Shown here in pieces: positions 27,717-38,018 of a stretch of 64,000 nucleotides of DNA (positions are counted from its first letter, which is position 1; each line of letters begins with the position of its first letter). A program made the translations under genes and the position numbers. The notes below the pieces were generated by a model. The model worked only from the letters and a program-made list of their open reading frames with translations. It did no database searches and was not told where the DNA came from. Source of the stretch: Bacteroidales bacterium (GTDB lineage: Bacteria > Bacteroidota > Bacteroidia > Bacteroidales > GCA-2711565). Where the stretch lies: contig OY760934.1 in NCBI GenBank assembly GCA_963664245.1, positions 2,876,376 through 2,940,375 of the forward strand. The letters are read 5' to 3'.

Positions 27717-28475
27717 ATGAAAAAAGAGTTTAAATTGTTTTTAACGGCAGTGATGTTTTATACCCGGATTCCGGTTCCAAGAGGAATTAACCATTCGGGC
27801 GAAATGCTGAATAAATCAACGCGCTATTTCCCGCTTATCGGCTCAATCGTGGGCGGATTTGCTGCTTTGGTGTATTGGGGAGCCTGCTTTGTTTTTCCGG
27901 TTCACATTGCAATTTTACTTTCAATGATGACTTCCGTTTTAGTTACCGGAGCTTTTCACGAAGATGGATTGGCCGATGTTTGCGATGGTTTTGGTGGCGG
28001 ATATACGGTTGCCCAGAAACTGAAAATCATGAAAGACAGCCGTGTTGGAACCTACGGTTTGCTCGGTTTGGTTTTTATTTTATTGCTAAAATATTTTTTG
28101 CTGAACCAAATTTCGCAGAACTTGGTGTGCGTTTTAATTGCGGTTCATGCCCTGAGCCGTCTTTCGCCGGTTTTGCTGATTTACCGTTTAAATTACGTAC
28201 GCGATGATGAGCTCAGCAAGGTAAAACCTATTGGCAAAAAAATCAGCATAGCCGGACTTATTATTGCTGCTGTTTTTGCAATACTGCCATTATTTCTTTT
28301 AGGCTATTGGGGCTTTGTTTTAATTGTTCCATTGTTGTTGATCCAATGGCTCAGCGGCTTGTTTTTTGTGCGGCATTTGGGAGGTTATACCGGCGATTGT
28401 TTGGGAGCTGCCCAGCAAATAGCAGAAATAGTTTTGTATGCAAGTATTTTTATTTTATGGAGCTACTTTTTATAA
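27717..28475 (+). CDS. cobS: Adenosylcobinamide-GDP ribazoletransferase (cobalamin synthase)
   Basis: 252 aa and polytopic, with TRIPV near the N-terminus and GAFHEDGLADVCDGFGGG. Confidence 0.95.
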   Translation: MKKEFKLFLTAVMFYTRIPVPRGINHSGEMLNKSTRYFPLIGSIVGGFAALVYWGACFVFPVHIAILLSMMTSVLVTGAFHEDGLADVCDGFGGGYTVAQKLKIMKDSRVGTYGLLGLVFILLLKYFLLNQISQNLVCVLIAVHALSRLSPVLLIYRLNYVRDDELSKVKPIGKKISIAGLIIAAVFAILPLFLLGYWGFVLIVPLLLIQWLSGLFFVRHLGGYTGDCLGAAQQIAEIVLYASIFILWSYFL

Positions 28476-28969
28476 GACATACCACGGTTGATGTTCCCAA
28501 AGGAATTTGTTATGGACAGTCGGAGGTTCCTTTAGCCGCTACTTTTGAGGAAGAGACTGCTTCTGTCCTGAATGAAATAAAAAAATATGCTGCTTACAAG
28601 TTTTATTCGAGCCCTTTCGAAAGATGCGTGAAACTGGCACAAAAACTAAGTCCGGATTTTAGCCTTGATAAACGTTTGATGGAACTTGATTTTGGCGATT
28701 GGGAACTCCGAAACTGGGACGAAATTAACGATGATTATGCCTTACAATGGATGGAAAATTATTTTGAGATGCCAACCCCTAATGGCGAATCGTTTCAGCA
28801 ATTAATCAATCGGTTTAATGATTTTTTAAAAGAGCTTAAAGAGGATTCGGTAATTGTAACCCATGGCGGGGTTATAAGGGCTGCTTATTATTTGTTTCGG
28901 AGGGGCGAAAAGCAAAACCTTTTTAATTTGGATGTTTCTTTTGGAAGCACACATCTTTTCAGTATTTAA
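28457..28969 (+). CDS. cobC: Alpha-ribazole phosphatase (histidine phosphatase family)
   Basis: Start taken at ATG 28457 (MELLFIRHTTVD), which carries the RH phosphohistidine motif, with THGGVIRA later. The longer ORF from 28307 would overlap cobS in another frame. The chosen start overlaps the cobS end by 19 nt. Confidence 0.8.
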   Translation: MELLFIRHTTVDVPKGICYGQSEVPLAATFEEETASVLNEIKKYAAYKFYSSPFERCVKLAQKLSPDFSLDKRLMELDFGDWELRNWDEINDDYALQWMENYFEMPTPNGESFQQLINRFNDFLKELKEDSVIVTHGGVIRAAYYLFRRGEKQNLFNLDVSFGSTHLFSI

Positions 28970-29267
28970 TACCTTTCCATTCCTTCGATATCGGAGAAAA
29001 GTTGTTCCGTTTAATAAATTTAACCAACCCATTATTGATATAATCCCCTGGATTTTTTTTTAAATTATTCCTAAGGTGCCTGTCAAATAAGCTTTTATTG
29101 TTCGAATAACTACTGGTTCCCTTATTCTGGCAAACTATTTGCGAACTAGGTTAAAACTTATTAACAATAGAATGATATTAATTTAAAAAATGATGCCATT
29201 TTATCCGCCTTCAAATTTTTTATTTTAGCCTTTAACGAAACTTAATATTTAACCAAACCTAATAGAT

Positions 29268-30869
29268 ATGAAACCAAAATTTACGCAGAAATCCTGGCAA
29301 ATGGTTTTGGGTTTAGTGGTTATATTATCTGTCATTATTTCCTGTAATAAGGATTTTGATGATATTAATATGCCCGATTACACCCCTACTTTTGCCATCC
29401 CCTTGCTTCAAACATCATTAACGATGAATGATGTAATTGAACCCGGTGAGAATATTGTTTATGATCAGGATGGCTTGATCCATTTTATTTATACTGACGA
29501 CAATGTTTCAACCATCCAGGTGGAAGATATTGTTGATATTCCTCCGCAGTTAGATTTTCAGAAAAGTTACGAAATGACTACGGTTGTTTTACTAGGTGAT
29601 GAAACTCAAAAATTATTTGATGAAGATTTGAATTATGACCTGACGGTTCATGTTGGTTATGAGCTGATGGAGGCTACGCTAAAAAACAGTGCCATGAGTT
29701 ATACCATTACCTCAAACATTGATGAAACAATGCGTGTGGTGATGGAGTTTCCCAACACCATTGATCCTGCAACGAGCAGTCCTGTGGTAGCTTCGATAGA
29801 TATTACAAATACCGGCAGTCCGGTGACCGGAAGCATTGATTTTTCGGGAACAACTACCATCTTGGATAACCCCAATCAGTTGCCGGTTAATTACGAAATT
29901 TGGATTATTGAAGACGGCAGCCCTCTGGCATTAAATGCCGGGGATGAATTAACGATTGATCTTTCATTAGGAACCCTTGATTATTCGATGTTAAAAGGAA
30001 AATTTGGAAAAACAACGTACCCTGTTGCTGCCGATCAAATGGATTTTGATGTAGAGTTTTTTGACGAAATTGACGGGGATATTAATTTTGCAAATCCCGA
30101 ATTAACCCTGACTTATAAAAACTCAATTGGCTTGCCTATTGCCGCTGTTTTAAATTTGGAAGGCAATGACTTGAATGGCAGTACCCAGGATTTGAACTAT
30201 TTGAGTTCCCCCGGAAATGATACCATTTATTTTCAATCTCCAACCGTAATTGGAAGCACTTACAATGGTGAACTCGTATTTAATGAAACCAATTCAGATA
30301 TTGGTGATTTGTTGGCACTTCCACCGAAACAAATCAACTACGAAGGAAATGCAACGACGAATACCTTTGGGACATCAACCGATAATTTTGTAACCGATTC
30401 CAGTAAAATTGTTTTGGGTTTTGAGATGGATATTCCGGTTAGCTTTAAGGCTAGTAATATTACTTTCCAGGATACCTTGGATGTTGACATGGAAGATAAC
30501 TTTAGTGAAGATGTTGACTATGCCGACATGACTGCCATTGTTGAAAATGGCTTTCCTTTCGAACTTGATTTGACCATTGTATTGGTGGATCAAGCGAACA
30601 ACCAGATTGATGACTTAACATTTAGCCAAACCGTTGCTTCGGCTGTGGTTAATGGCGATGGCGAAATTACTTCATCTACAACTACCGAACTTAGTGTTCG
30701 CCTCGATAACCAGTTTCTTGCAAATTTAGAAATTGCCAAAGAAGCCTACGTTGTTGCGAATGCAAGTACTTATAACAATGGCCAGCAGGCTGTTAAATTA
30801 TATTCGACCTACGAGATAAAAATTGCGATAGGTTTACTTGCTAAGTTAAATGTTAAAGATGAGGACTAA
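29268..30869 (+). CDS. Hypothetical lipoprotein (533 aa), probably surface exposed
   Basis: Signal peptide with lipobox VIISC followed by NKDFDD, an acidic post-Cys patch. I recognised no enzymatic motif. Confidence 0.7.
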   Translation: MKPKFTQKSWQMVLGLVVILSVIISCNKDFDDINMPDYTPTFAIPLLQTSLTMNDVIEPGENIVYDQDGLIHFIYTDDNVSTIQVEDIVDIPPQLDFQKSYEMTTVVLLGDETQKLFDEDLNYDLTVHVGYELMEATLKNSAMSYTITSNIDETMRVVMEFPNTIDPATSSPVVASIDITNTGSPVTGSIDFSGTTTILDNPNQLPVNYEIWIIEDGSPLALNAGDELTIDLSLGTLDYSMLKGKFGKTTYPVAADQMDFDVEFFDEIDGDINFANPELTLTYKNSIGLPIAAVLNLEGNDLNGSTQDLNYLSSPGNDTIYFQSPTVIGSTYNGELVFNETNSDIGDLLALPPKQINYEGNATTNTFGTSTDNFVTDSSKIVLGFEMDIPVSFKASNITFQDTLDVDMEDNFSEDVDYADMTAIVENGFPFELDLTIVLVDQANNQIDDLTFSQTVASAVVNGDGEITSSTTTELSVRLDNQFLANLEIAKEAYVVANASTYNNGQQAVKLYSTYEIKIAIGLLAKLNVKDED

Positions 30870-30873
30870 TATC

Positions 30874-32286
30874 ATGGTACGTAAAAATATAATCTCAGTA
30901 ATTTTAGTCTTATTGACAATTGGTTTGTATGCGCAGGAAAACTTTATCTTACATAACTTTCATGCCATACCACAAAACTATTTAACCAACCCGGCACTTA
31001 AAAGTCCTAGTCGCTTGGTGGTCGGATTTCCGGCACTTTCTTCTATTCATGTTGGGTTCAACAGTAATTCGTTTACCGTGAATGAATTAATCAAAGACGA
31101 ACCGGGGACATCCTCTCAATATGTTGATGTAGAAGGGGTCATCAGTTCTTTAAAAAACGACATGGATTTTGACGTGAACCTCCAAAATGAATTATTCTTC
31201 GTGGGGTTCCGTATTAAAAAAGGGTTTGTCTCCATGGGGATTGGTCTCCAAAATGAAGGCCGTTTTAGTATAGATAAAAACCTTTTGGAATTGTTCTGGT
31301 ACGGAAATGCACACGAAAAATTTTATAATAAAATGGTTGATTTAAGCGGAACCGACTTTAGCATGTTCTCTTATTTGCAATACCATTTGGGTTTTTCTTA
31401 TAATTTGGATGAAGACTGGACCGTTGGTGCCCGGGTTAAATTTTTGAAAGGTTTTGCCAGTATTGATGTCGAAAAATTTGAAGGAAGCGTTTATACGCAT
31501 GCCGATGCGGATAATGTTTATACCATCGAATCTACGGCAGATGTTTTAATCAATACCTCTTTGCTAGATGACTTCCGCTTTTTTGATGATGATTTTGATG
31601 ATGCCGAAGATATCGAATTTTCGGATATCATGCGTCAGCAAAACAACGGGGTTGCTTTCGATTTTGGAGCCCGTTATTCAGGCTTTGAAAAAATTGAGCT
31701 GGCACTTAGTATCATCGATTTGGGTTCAATCACCTGGAAAGAAAACGTGATTAATTATTACACCGATCAGGTTGATTACGATTTTACCGGGGTGGAATAT
31801 AATGATGATAATGATAATGACGTGTTCGATGAATTGTCGGATGAAATTGACGATCATTATAAGTTTGAAAAGAAATCAGAATCGTTTAAAACGGCTTTAT
31901 CTACCAAATTTTATTTAAGCGGTTCGTACACTCTGGATGAAAAAAGCCAGGTGGATGCATTGGTTTACGGGCGTGCTTTCGACGGAAATTTAAAAGCTGC
32001 TTTGAGCCTTGGTATTAATCGTCAGTTTGGCCGTACTTTTGGCTTGCGAATGACTTACTCAATGTACAACCAGGAATATTTTAATGTCGGTTTGGGGATG
32101 TCGCTCAATCTTGGGCCCATCCAAACGTATTTCTTAACCGATAATATTATCGCGGCTGTGGCTCCTTACGACAGTCAGTTGTTTAACTTCCGTTTCGGGT
32201 TCAACGTGAATATTCGCGATAGGAAAAAAGCAAAGGTTGTGATTGAAGAAGAAACGGACGATTATTACGAAGAAGTACAATACTAA
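30874..32286 (+). CDS. Outer-membrane beta-barrel protein of unknown function with acidic loops (FadL/PorV/DUF5723-like by eye)
   Basis: Start taken at MVRKNIISVILVLLTIGLYAQ (signal peptide). Alternating beta-strand patterns appear, e.g. GVAFDFGARYSGFEKIELALSIIDLGSITW. The terminal strand FNFRFGFNVNI is followed by a 23-aa charged tail. Confidence 0.65.
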   Translation: MVRKNIISVILVLLTIGLYAQENFILHNFHAIPQNYLTNPALKSPSRLVVGFPALSSIHVGFNSNSFTVNELIKDEPGTSSQYVDVEGVISSLKNDMDFDVNLQNELFFVGFRIKKGFVSMGIGLQNEGRFSIDKNLLELFWYGNAHEKFYNKMVDLSGTDFSMFSYLQYHLGFSYNLDEDWTVGARVKFLKGFASIDVEKFEGSVYTHADADNVYTIESTADVLINTSLLDDFRFFDDDFDDAEDIEFSDIMRQQNNGVAFDFGARYSGFEKIELALSIIDLGSITWKENVINYYTDQVDYDFTGVEYNDDNDNDVFDELSDEIDDHYKFEKKSESFKTALSTKFYLSGSYTLDEKSQVDALVYGRAFDGNLKAALSLGINRQFGRTFGLRMTYSMYNQEYFNVGLGMSLNLGPIQTYFLTDNIIAAVAPYDSQLFNFRFGFNVNIRDRKKAKVVIEEETDDYYEEVQY

Positions 32287-33374
32287 GATTTTTCTGAATA
32301 CAATTTTTTGGTCAAAGAGCGGTTTATTTTGCCGCTCTTTGTGTATTTGAAAGCTTTCAGGTAATCAATTTTCTTGGGAATCTCGTACTTGTCCAGATGT
32401 TCTTCCAGGTTCTGCCAGAGGTTGTATAAATGATTCAAATTATTTTTCCCGTTTTCAATTAAAAGAACCAGGTGTTCGCCCAGTTTTTCATCTTTTTCGG
32501 AAGTGATAAAAAAGCGTTGATCCAGGAATTTTGAAATTTTATGTTCAATTTCTTCGGGCATTAATTTGATTCCGCCACTGTTGATGATGTTGTCTTTTCG
32601 GCCCAGGATTTCAAATTCGGTGTCAGAATAGATCCGAGCTAAATCATTGGTGATAATTTTTTCGGAATCGATATGCGGAGCCTTGATGACCAGGCATTGT
32701 TCTTGGTTCAGCTCAACGCTGACGCCATCCAGGCATTGATAATACTTGTTTTTTGTTTTGGTGATTTTTTTCAGGGCAATGTGTGTAGCCGTTTCGGTCA
32801 TCCCGTAAGTGGCGTAAATCCGGTTCGGGAAATCTTTCAGTTTTTCTTCCAGACCCTGCTCTATCCGGCCTCCCCCGATAATCAGATTTTTTATGGCTTC
32901 TAGTTTTTGTTTTTGGCAACCCATCGACTGAACCACCTGCAAAGGAACCATGGCTGCAAAATCAATTTTGTTGTTTACCCGGCGCAGGGGATTCGAATCG
33001 GGTTCAACCGTAACCAAATTCAGCTTGTTTACAAAAGCCCTGACCACCATCATTTTCCCGGCAATAAACTCGCACGGAAGGCAGAGCAGGGCAGTGTCTC
33101 CCTTTTTCAGGCTTAGCGTTTTGGTTGTGAGCTGGGCACTCTGAATGAGGGTTTGTTTTGAGAGTTTGATCGTTTTTGGTCTTCCGGTTGAACCGGAAGT
33201 TTTTACCAAAATATAATTTTGTTCGTTTCTTAATTCCCGGATGAACGAATAAATGGGTTTTTCCCAGTAGTCAACCGTAGAATCTTCAATTTTCGACAGG
33301 CAAACCCCATCAATTTTTGAGTGTTCGTAAAGAACCCCGTTTAAAGTTATCGACTCAAATTCCGGGTTAATCAT
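32283..33374 (-). CDS. menE: O-succinylbenzoate--CoA ligase
   Basis: AMP-binding motifs KTSGSTGRPKTI and YGMTET. Start taken at ATG 33374 (MINPEF), giving an ATGA overlap with the menC stop. It is the last gene of the men operon. Confidence 0.85.
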   Translation of the reverse strand: MINPEFESITLNGVLYEHSKIDGVCLSKIEDSTVDYWEKPIYSFIRELRNEQNYILVKTSGSTGRPKTIKLSKQTLIQSAQLTTKTLSLKKGDTALLCLPCEFIAGKMMVVRAFVNKLNLVTVEPDSNPLRRVNNKIDFAAMVPLQVVQSMGCQKQKLEAIKNLIIGGGRIEQGLEEKLKDFPNRIYATYGMTETATHIALKKITKTKNKYYQCLDGVSVELNQEQCLVIKAPHIDSEKIITNDLARIYSDTEFEILGRKDNIINSGGIKLMPEEIEHKISKFLDQRFFITSEKDEKLGEHLVLLIENGKNNLNHLYNLWQNLEEHLDKYEIPKKIDYLKAFKYTKSGKINRSLTKKLYSEKS

Positions 33375-34408
33375 GGTTTCAAAACGTTTAAATTCCAGCT
33401 TCGGTTTGAATGGCAAAGTTCACCGTTTTTAATTTCCAGGGGCGATTCAAAATTATTGCTGAACACCTGTCCGGTTCCCAGGCCTTGGGGCATGGAATTA
33501 TTTAAGGTTGCCGTCCACTGGGCAATGGCATTTAAACCGATATTCGATTCCAGGGCAGAAGTGATCCACCAGCCGATGTTTAATCCGTTGGCTAAATTTA
33601 TCCATGTTTCACTGGCTTGGAATCCGCCGGTTAAACTTGGTTTCAGTATGATGTACTGTGGACGGATTTTCTCCAGCAATTTTTTTTGTTCTTTGAATTC
33701 ATGAATGCCGATTAATTCTTCATCCAAAGCAATGGGGAGCGGGGAGCTTTGGCAGAGTCTTGCCAATTTATCAATTTGTCCGGCCTTAATGGGCTGTTCA
33801 ATGCTGTGGAGGTCGAAATCCGCAAGCCGTTTTAATTTTGTCAGTGCTTCATCCGGGTGAAAGGCTCCGTTGGCATCCACCCTGATTTCAATATCTTTCG
33901 CCGAGTAATGCTTCCTGATTTCTTTTAAAATCGCCAACTCCTGTTCAAAATCCAGGGCTCCAATTTTAAGCTTGATACAGTTAAATCCCTTCTCTATTTT
34001 ATCTTTAATCTGAGCCCTCATAAAATCGGGTTCACCCATCCAAACCAAGCCGTTTATCGGAATGTTTTTTTTGGAGGAGGTAAAACCGGAAGGGAATAGA
34101 ATCCGCTTTCCCCCATTTTCTAAATCCAGCAAAGCCATTTCTTTGGCAAACTTCAATGCGGGATATTTGGTTAAATCAATATCTTCATTAATTTTTGAAA
34201 CCACCTCTTCAATTTTGTTTTCAAGATCGGGACGATCATCATAACTCAAACCTTTGAGGATGCTGCATTCACCCACGCCAAAAATCCCCGGTTCTTGTTC
34301 ATCATAAATTTTGATGAACCACGAATCTTTTTCCGTCAAAATTCCCCGGGAGGTTCCTCCGGGTGTTTTAAAAATCAGGGTGTATTTTATGGCCTCGGCT
34401 TTTAGCAT
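33371..34408 (-). CDS. menC: o-Succinylbenzoate synthase (enolase superfamily)
   Basis: 345 aa with enolase-superfamily landmarks KLKIG, RVDANGAF, IEQP and ALDEE, in men operon context. Confidence 0.88.
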   Translation of the reverse strand: MLKAEAIKYTLIFKTPGGTSRGILTEKDSWFIKIYDEQEPGIFGVGECSILKGLSYDDRPDLENKIEEVVSKINEDIDLTKYPALKFAKEMALLDLENGGKRILFPSGFTSSKKNIPINGLVWMGEPDFMRAQIKDKIEKGFNCIKLKIGALDFEQELAILKEIRKHYSAKDIEIRVDANGAFHPDEALTKLKRLADFDLHSIEQPIKAGQIDKLARLCQSSPLPIALDEELIGIHEFKEQKKLLEKIRPQYIILKPSLTGGFQASETWINLANGLNIGWWITSALESNIGLNAIAQWTATLNNSMPQGLGTGQVFSNNFESPLEIKNGELCHSNRSWNLNVLKP

Positions 34409-34409
34409 T

Positions 34410-35309
34410 TTACAAAATTAATCCCAACCCAAAGATAATGGAAAATAAGAGGGTGTGAATGGCTTGCTTTTTCAAAAAAGGATCAAGGTCGGCAGCGTTT
34501 TTATTTTCTAAAATCCGAACTAAATCCAGGATAAATAATGGAGCTGTTAGCAAGTATAAAAACTGAAGATAAGATTCGTAAAACAAAATTACGTAAGCCG
34601 TGGCTAGTGCCAGCGATCCCCAAATTAAAATGGCATGGTAAACCTTTGCTCTTTGTATGCCGATCCTTACCACAATGGTAATTTTACCGCTGTTTTTGTC
34701 GTTTTCCCGGTCGCGCATATTGTTCAGGTTCAAAACGGCAATGCTCATCATTCCTGCCGAGAATGCCGGTAATAAAATCTCCCAACGGAATTGATGGGTA
34801 TTTAGATAATAGGTTCCTAAAACACCAACTAAACCAAAAAAAATAAAAACAAATAAATCGCCATAGCCTTTGTACCCGTAAGGGTTTCGGCCAATGGTAT
34901 AATTGACGGCTGCGAGAATGGCACTAACGCCCAGCACGAAAAACAAAAAGAAATTAAACATTGGGATACCTTCGGTTCCGAGATAAATTAAAGCCGAACC
35001 GCTAATCAGCGAAAGCAGGGCGAACAGGTAAATTCCCACTTTCATTTGAAAAGATGTAATCTCTCCGCTTTGAACCGAACGTTCGGGGCCTACGCGGTTT
35101 TTATTGTCGGTGCCGATTTTAAAATCGCCGTAATCGTTGGCCAGGTTCGATAAAACCTGTAACAAAATGGTTGTGGAAACCGCCAACGCACTTATCAGCC
35201 AGTCAAATTTTTGGTGCGAGGCACTTAAAAATCCGCCCAAAATGATGCTTGACAAGGCCAAAGGCAGGGTTCGTAAACGAAAAGCTCGAATCCAGGCTTT
35301 GATTTTCAT
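34410..35309 (-). CDS. menA: 1,4-dihydroxy-2-naphthoate polyprenyltransferase
   Basis: 299 aa and polytopic, in the UbiA family with NLANDYGDF and NNMRDRENDK. Its start shares one base with the menB stop. Confidence 0.93.
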   Translation of the reverse strand: MKIKAWIRAFRLRTLPLALSSIILGGFLSASHQKFDWLISALAVSTTILLQVLSNLANDYGDFKIGTDNKNRVGPERSVQSGEITSFQMKVGIYLFALLSLISGSALIYLGTEGIPMFNFFLFFVLGVSAILAAVNYTIGRNPYGYKGYGDLFVFIFFGLVGVLGTYYLNTHQFRWEILLPAFSAGMMSIAVLNLNNMRDRENDKNSGKITIVVRIGIQRAKVYHAILIWGSLALATAYVILFYESYLQFLYLLTAPLFILDLVRILENKNAADLDPFLKKQAIHTLLFSIIFGLGLIL

Positions 35310-36133
35310 TACGGGAATTTTGGGTATTTATGAAAATCGGGATCACGTTTTTCCAGAAAGGCTTCTTTTCCTTCCTGGGCTTCTTCGGTCAGGTAATAAA
35401 GCAGGGTGGCATTCCCGGCAAACTCCTGGATACCTGCCTGTCCGTCCAGTTCGGCATTTAGGCCGAGCTTAATCATGCGGAGGGCCATTGGGCTGCGTTT
35501 CATCATCATTTTGGCCCATTCAACACAGGTGTCTTCCAACTGATTCAATGGAACTACTTTGTTTACCAACCCCATTTTCTCCGCTTCTTTGGCATCGTAT
35601 TGCTGACAGAGGAACCAAATTTCGCGAGCCTTTTTTTGACCCACGATACGGGCCAGGTATGATGAACCGAACCCGGCATCAAAACTGCCAACTTTGGGCC
35701 CGGTTTGTCCGAAAATAGCATTCTCGGAAGCAATGCTCAAATCGCACACCACGTGCAACACATGGCCACCGCCAATGGCATAGCCGTTCACCATGGCAAT
35801 CACGGGTTTGGGCAATGAGCGGATTTGTTTCTGAACATCCAGTATGTTTAAACGGGCAACACCGTCGCCACCAATGTAGCCGCCTTTTCCCTTCACGTTT
35901 TGATCGCCGCCACTGCAAAAAGCCTTGTCTCCGGCACCGGTTAAAAGAACCACGTTAATGCTTTGATCCTCGCGGCAAATACGAAAAGCATCGCTTATTT
36001 CGGTGGTGGTTTCGGGGCGGAAAGCATTGTAAACCTGCGGGCGGTTGATGGTTATTTTTGCAATTCCTTCAAAAAATTCGAATAATATATCTTGGTATTC
36101 TTTAATGGATTTCCATTCTCTTTTTGTTGCCAT
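35309..36133 (-). CDS. menB: 1,4-dihydroxy-2-naphthoyl-CoA synthase
   Basis: 274 aa with a crotonase fold and FCSGGDQ and [18 protein letters not shown]. Confidence 0.96.
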   Translation of the reverse strand: MATKREWKSIKEYQDILFEFFEGIAKITINRPQVYNAFRPETTTEISDAFRICREDQSINVVLLTGAGDKAFCSGGDQNVKGKGGYIGGDGVARLNILDVQKQIRSLPKPVIAMVNGYAIGGGHVLHVVCDLSIASENAIFGQTGPKVGSFDAGFGSSYLARIVGQKKAREIWFLCQQYDAKEAEKMGLVNKVVPLNQLEDTCVEWAKMMMKRSPMALRMIKLGLNAELDGQAGIQEFAGNATLLYYLTEEAQEGKEAFLEKRDPDFHKYPKFP

Positions 36134-36220
36134 AATTTGTTTTTTTATCCTGCTGAAAACAAGTACAAAGTTAGCAATAATTTAGTGATGAGTTTAGCGT
36201 TATGAATTCAAAGTTGGACG

Positions 36221-37900
36221 TTAAATGATTCTCAAATGTTTAAAATAATCCTTTAAAATTTCCGCATTTTCTTTTTGTGGGGTAAAGATTTCAAGGATGC
36301 AGGCTTTATCGTGTTTGTAGAAAGCTTCCAGCGAAATTTTTAATTCCTCCAAAGAACTTGCTTCGAAATAATCCAGGTCAAAGGTTTTAGCAATATGATC
36401 GGCTTTGAGATTGTGAGGCGTTTCAAAATATTCCAACGAATTGGTGTTCATCGGGCCGTCGATAAAGCGGAAAATACCGCCGCCATTATTGTTGATAAGA
36501 ATGATTTTCAGGTTTTTGTTCAGGTAATTGTTCCATAAGCCATTTGAATCGTAGAAAAATGCCAGATCGCCCGTAATCAAAGTCGTTGGATGATTAGAAG
36601 CATAAGCGGCCCCTGCAGCCGTTGAAACACAGCCGTCAATTCCGGAAGTTCCGCGGTTGCTAAAATAGTGGAGATCTTTCCGGTTCCGGAACAATTGCGC
36701 GTAACGGACTGGCGTGCTGTTTGCCAGTTGCAGATGTGAGCCATGAGGAATTTTATCGAGCAGGGTTTCGAAAACTTTTAGGTCAGAGTATGGACAGTTT
36801 TTTAGAAACTCTTGATGTTTTTGTTCGGTTTGTTCGTCGGCATTTTCCCAGGTTTGAGAATAATCCGACTTCAAAATTTTTAATTCGGCTTTAATCTGAT
36901 TGAAAAAATCGAGCGGGCAAAGCGGAATATTTTGGGTCAGGCTTTGATAAGTGTCCAAATTCAAATCGTCAGCATCGATGTGCCAATGGGTATTTGCTTT
37001 GTGTTGGCGTAAAAAAGCTTTCACTTTTTTTGAAATCACCTGGTTCCCCAACGTAATCAATAAATCCGGCTGGAAGTTTTTAATATTTTCCGGCGGCATT
37101 GAACTAATGATGCGGTCAATGCAGGAGTGGAATCCTTCGGAATACAGATTGGAGGTTGTCTCGGTTAAGACCGCCACAGAGGGATCGGCAGCAATTTCCT
37201 TTAGAACCGAATTTAACCCCTCATTTTTCTCCAGCATTCCTGTTAGTATTAGTTTTTTCTTTGCCTGCTTCCATTGTTTGGCTAAAGCGTTTATCTCGCT
37301 TTCCGGAATTTTACGTTCAGCAATAATGGTTTCAATCAATTTGGGTTCGGGAAGAGTTTCGTCATAACCTTCGTACAAAGGTTCGGCAAAAGGAAGATTG
37401 ATGTGAACCGGGCCGGGAACGGGGTAAGTGCAGGCGTTGAGGGCTTCGTTAATCAGGCGGTTGGCGTACCAAATATCGTCGTCGGAGCTTATGTTTTGTG
37501 GCAATTCAACCGATTTCCTGATGTAATTTTCGAACACATCTTTCTGGCGGATAGTCTGACTGTCGGCCATGTCGATCCATTCGTTGGGGCGGTCGGCGGT
37601 AAGTACCAGCAAAGGAATTTTTTGATAATAAGCTTCGGCAATAGCTGGGGCATAATTTAGTGCGGCTGAACCGGAAGTGCAGGCGATGGCCACCGGTTTT
37701 TTTGTTTGTTGGGCCATTCCCAGGGCAAAGAATCCGGCCGAGCGTTCGTCGGCTATGCTCAGCATTTCAATTCCTTTTTGTTGCTGAAATGCCAGAATAA
37801 TAGGGGCATTGCGCGAACCGGGAGAGATCACGATATGTGTCATCCCTTTTTTTACACAAATTTTTGCCAGATGCTTGATGCCGGTTTTGCTGTGGTTCAT
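36221..37900 (-). CDS. menD: 2-succinyl-5-enolpyruvyl-6-hydroxy-3-cyclohexene-1-carboxylate (SEPHCHC) synthase
   Basis: 559-aa ThDP enzyme with SPGSRNAP, NRGTSGIDG and GDLAFFYD. Confidence 0.95.
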   Translation of the reverse strand: MNHSKTGIKHLAKICVKKGMTHIVISPGSRNAPIILAFQQQKGIEMLSIADERSAGFFALGMAQQTKKPVAIACTSGSAALNYAPAIAEAYYQKIPLLVLTADRPNEWIDMADSQTIRQKDVFENYIRKSVELPQNISSDDDIWYANRLINEALNACTYPVPGPVHINLPFAEPLYEGYDETLPEPKLIETIIAERKIPESEINALAKQWKQAKKKLILTGMLEKNEGLNSVLKEIAADPSVAVLTETTSNLYSEGFHSCIDRIISSMPPENIKNFQPDLLITLGNQVISKKVKAFLRQHKANTHWHIDADDLNLDTYQSLTQNIPLCPLDFFNQIKAELKILKSDYSQTWENADEQTEQKHQEFLKNCPYSDLKVFETLLDKIPHGSHLQLANSTPVRYAQLFRNRKDLHYFSNRGTSGIDGCVSTAAGAAYASNHPTTLITGDLAFFYDSNGLWNNYLNKNLKIILINNNGGGIFRFIDGPMNTNSLEYFETPHNLKADHIAKTFDLDYFEASSLEELKISLEAFYKHDKACILEIFTPQKENAEILKDYFKHLRII

Positions 37901-37937
37901 GTTTTAAAGATTGCTAATACAAACTTAAGAATTTTAT

Positions 37938-37980
37938 GTCATTCCGAACGATCATCCTGAGCGGAGTCGAAGGATCGTTT
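37938..37980. repeat. Short hairpin element (REP-like) in the menF-menD spacer
   Basis: GTCATTCCGAACGATCATCCTGAGCGGAGTCGAAGGATCGT. Arms ACGATC(AT)CCT and AGGATCGT pair around the loop GAGCGGAGTCGA. It generates the spurious ORF MSFRTIILSGVEGS. Only one copy occurs in this window. Confidence 0.4.
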
Positions 37981-38018
37981 CAACTTTGCTTAAAATCTTC
38001 GGGTTCTACAGAATGGTA

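Noticed and set aside
28307-28456. Long N-terminal extension of the cobC ORF (start at 28307)
   Set aside because: The extension overlaps cobS in another frame by about 170 nt and has Cys/Arg-rich nonsense composition. The histidine-phosphatase RH motif follows the internal ATG at 28457.
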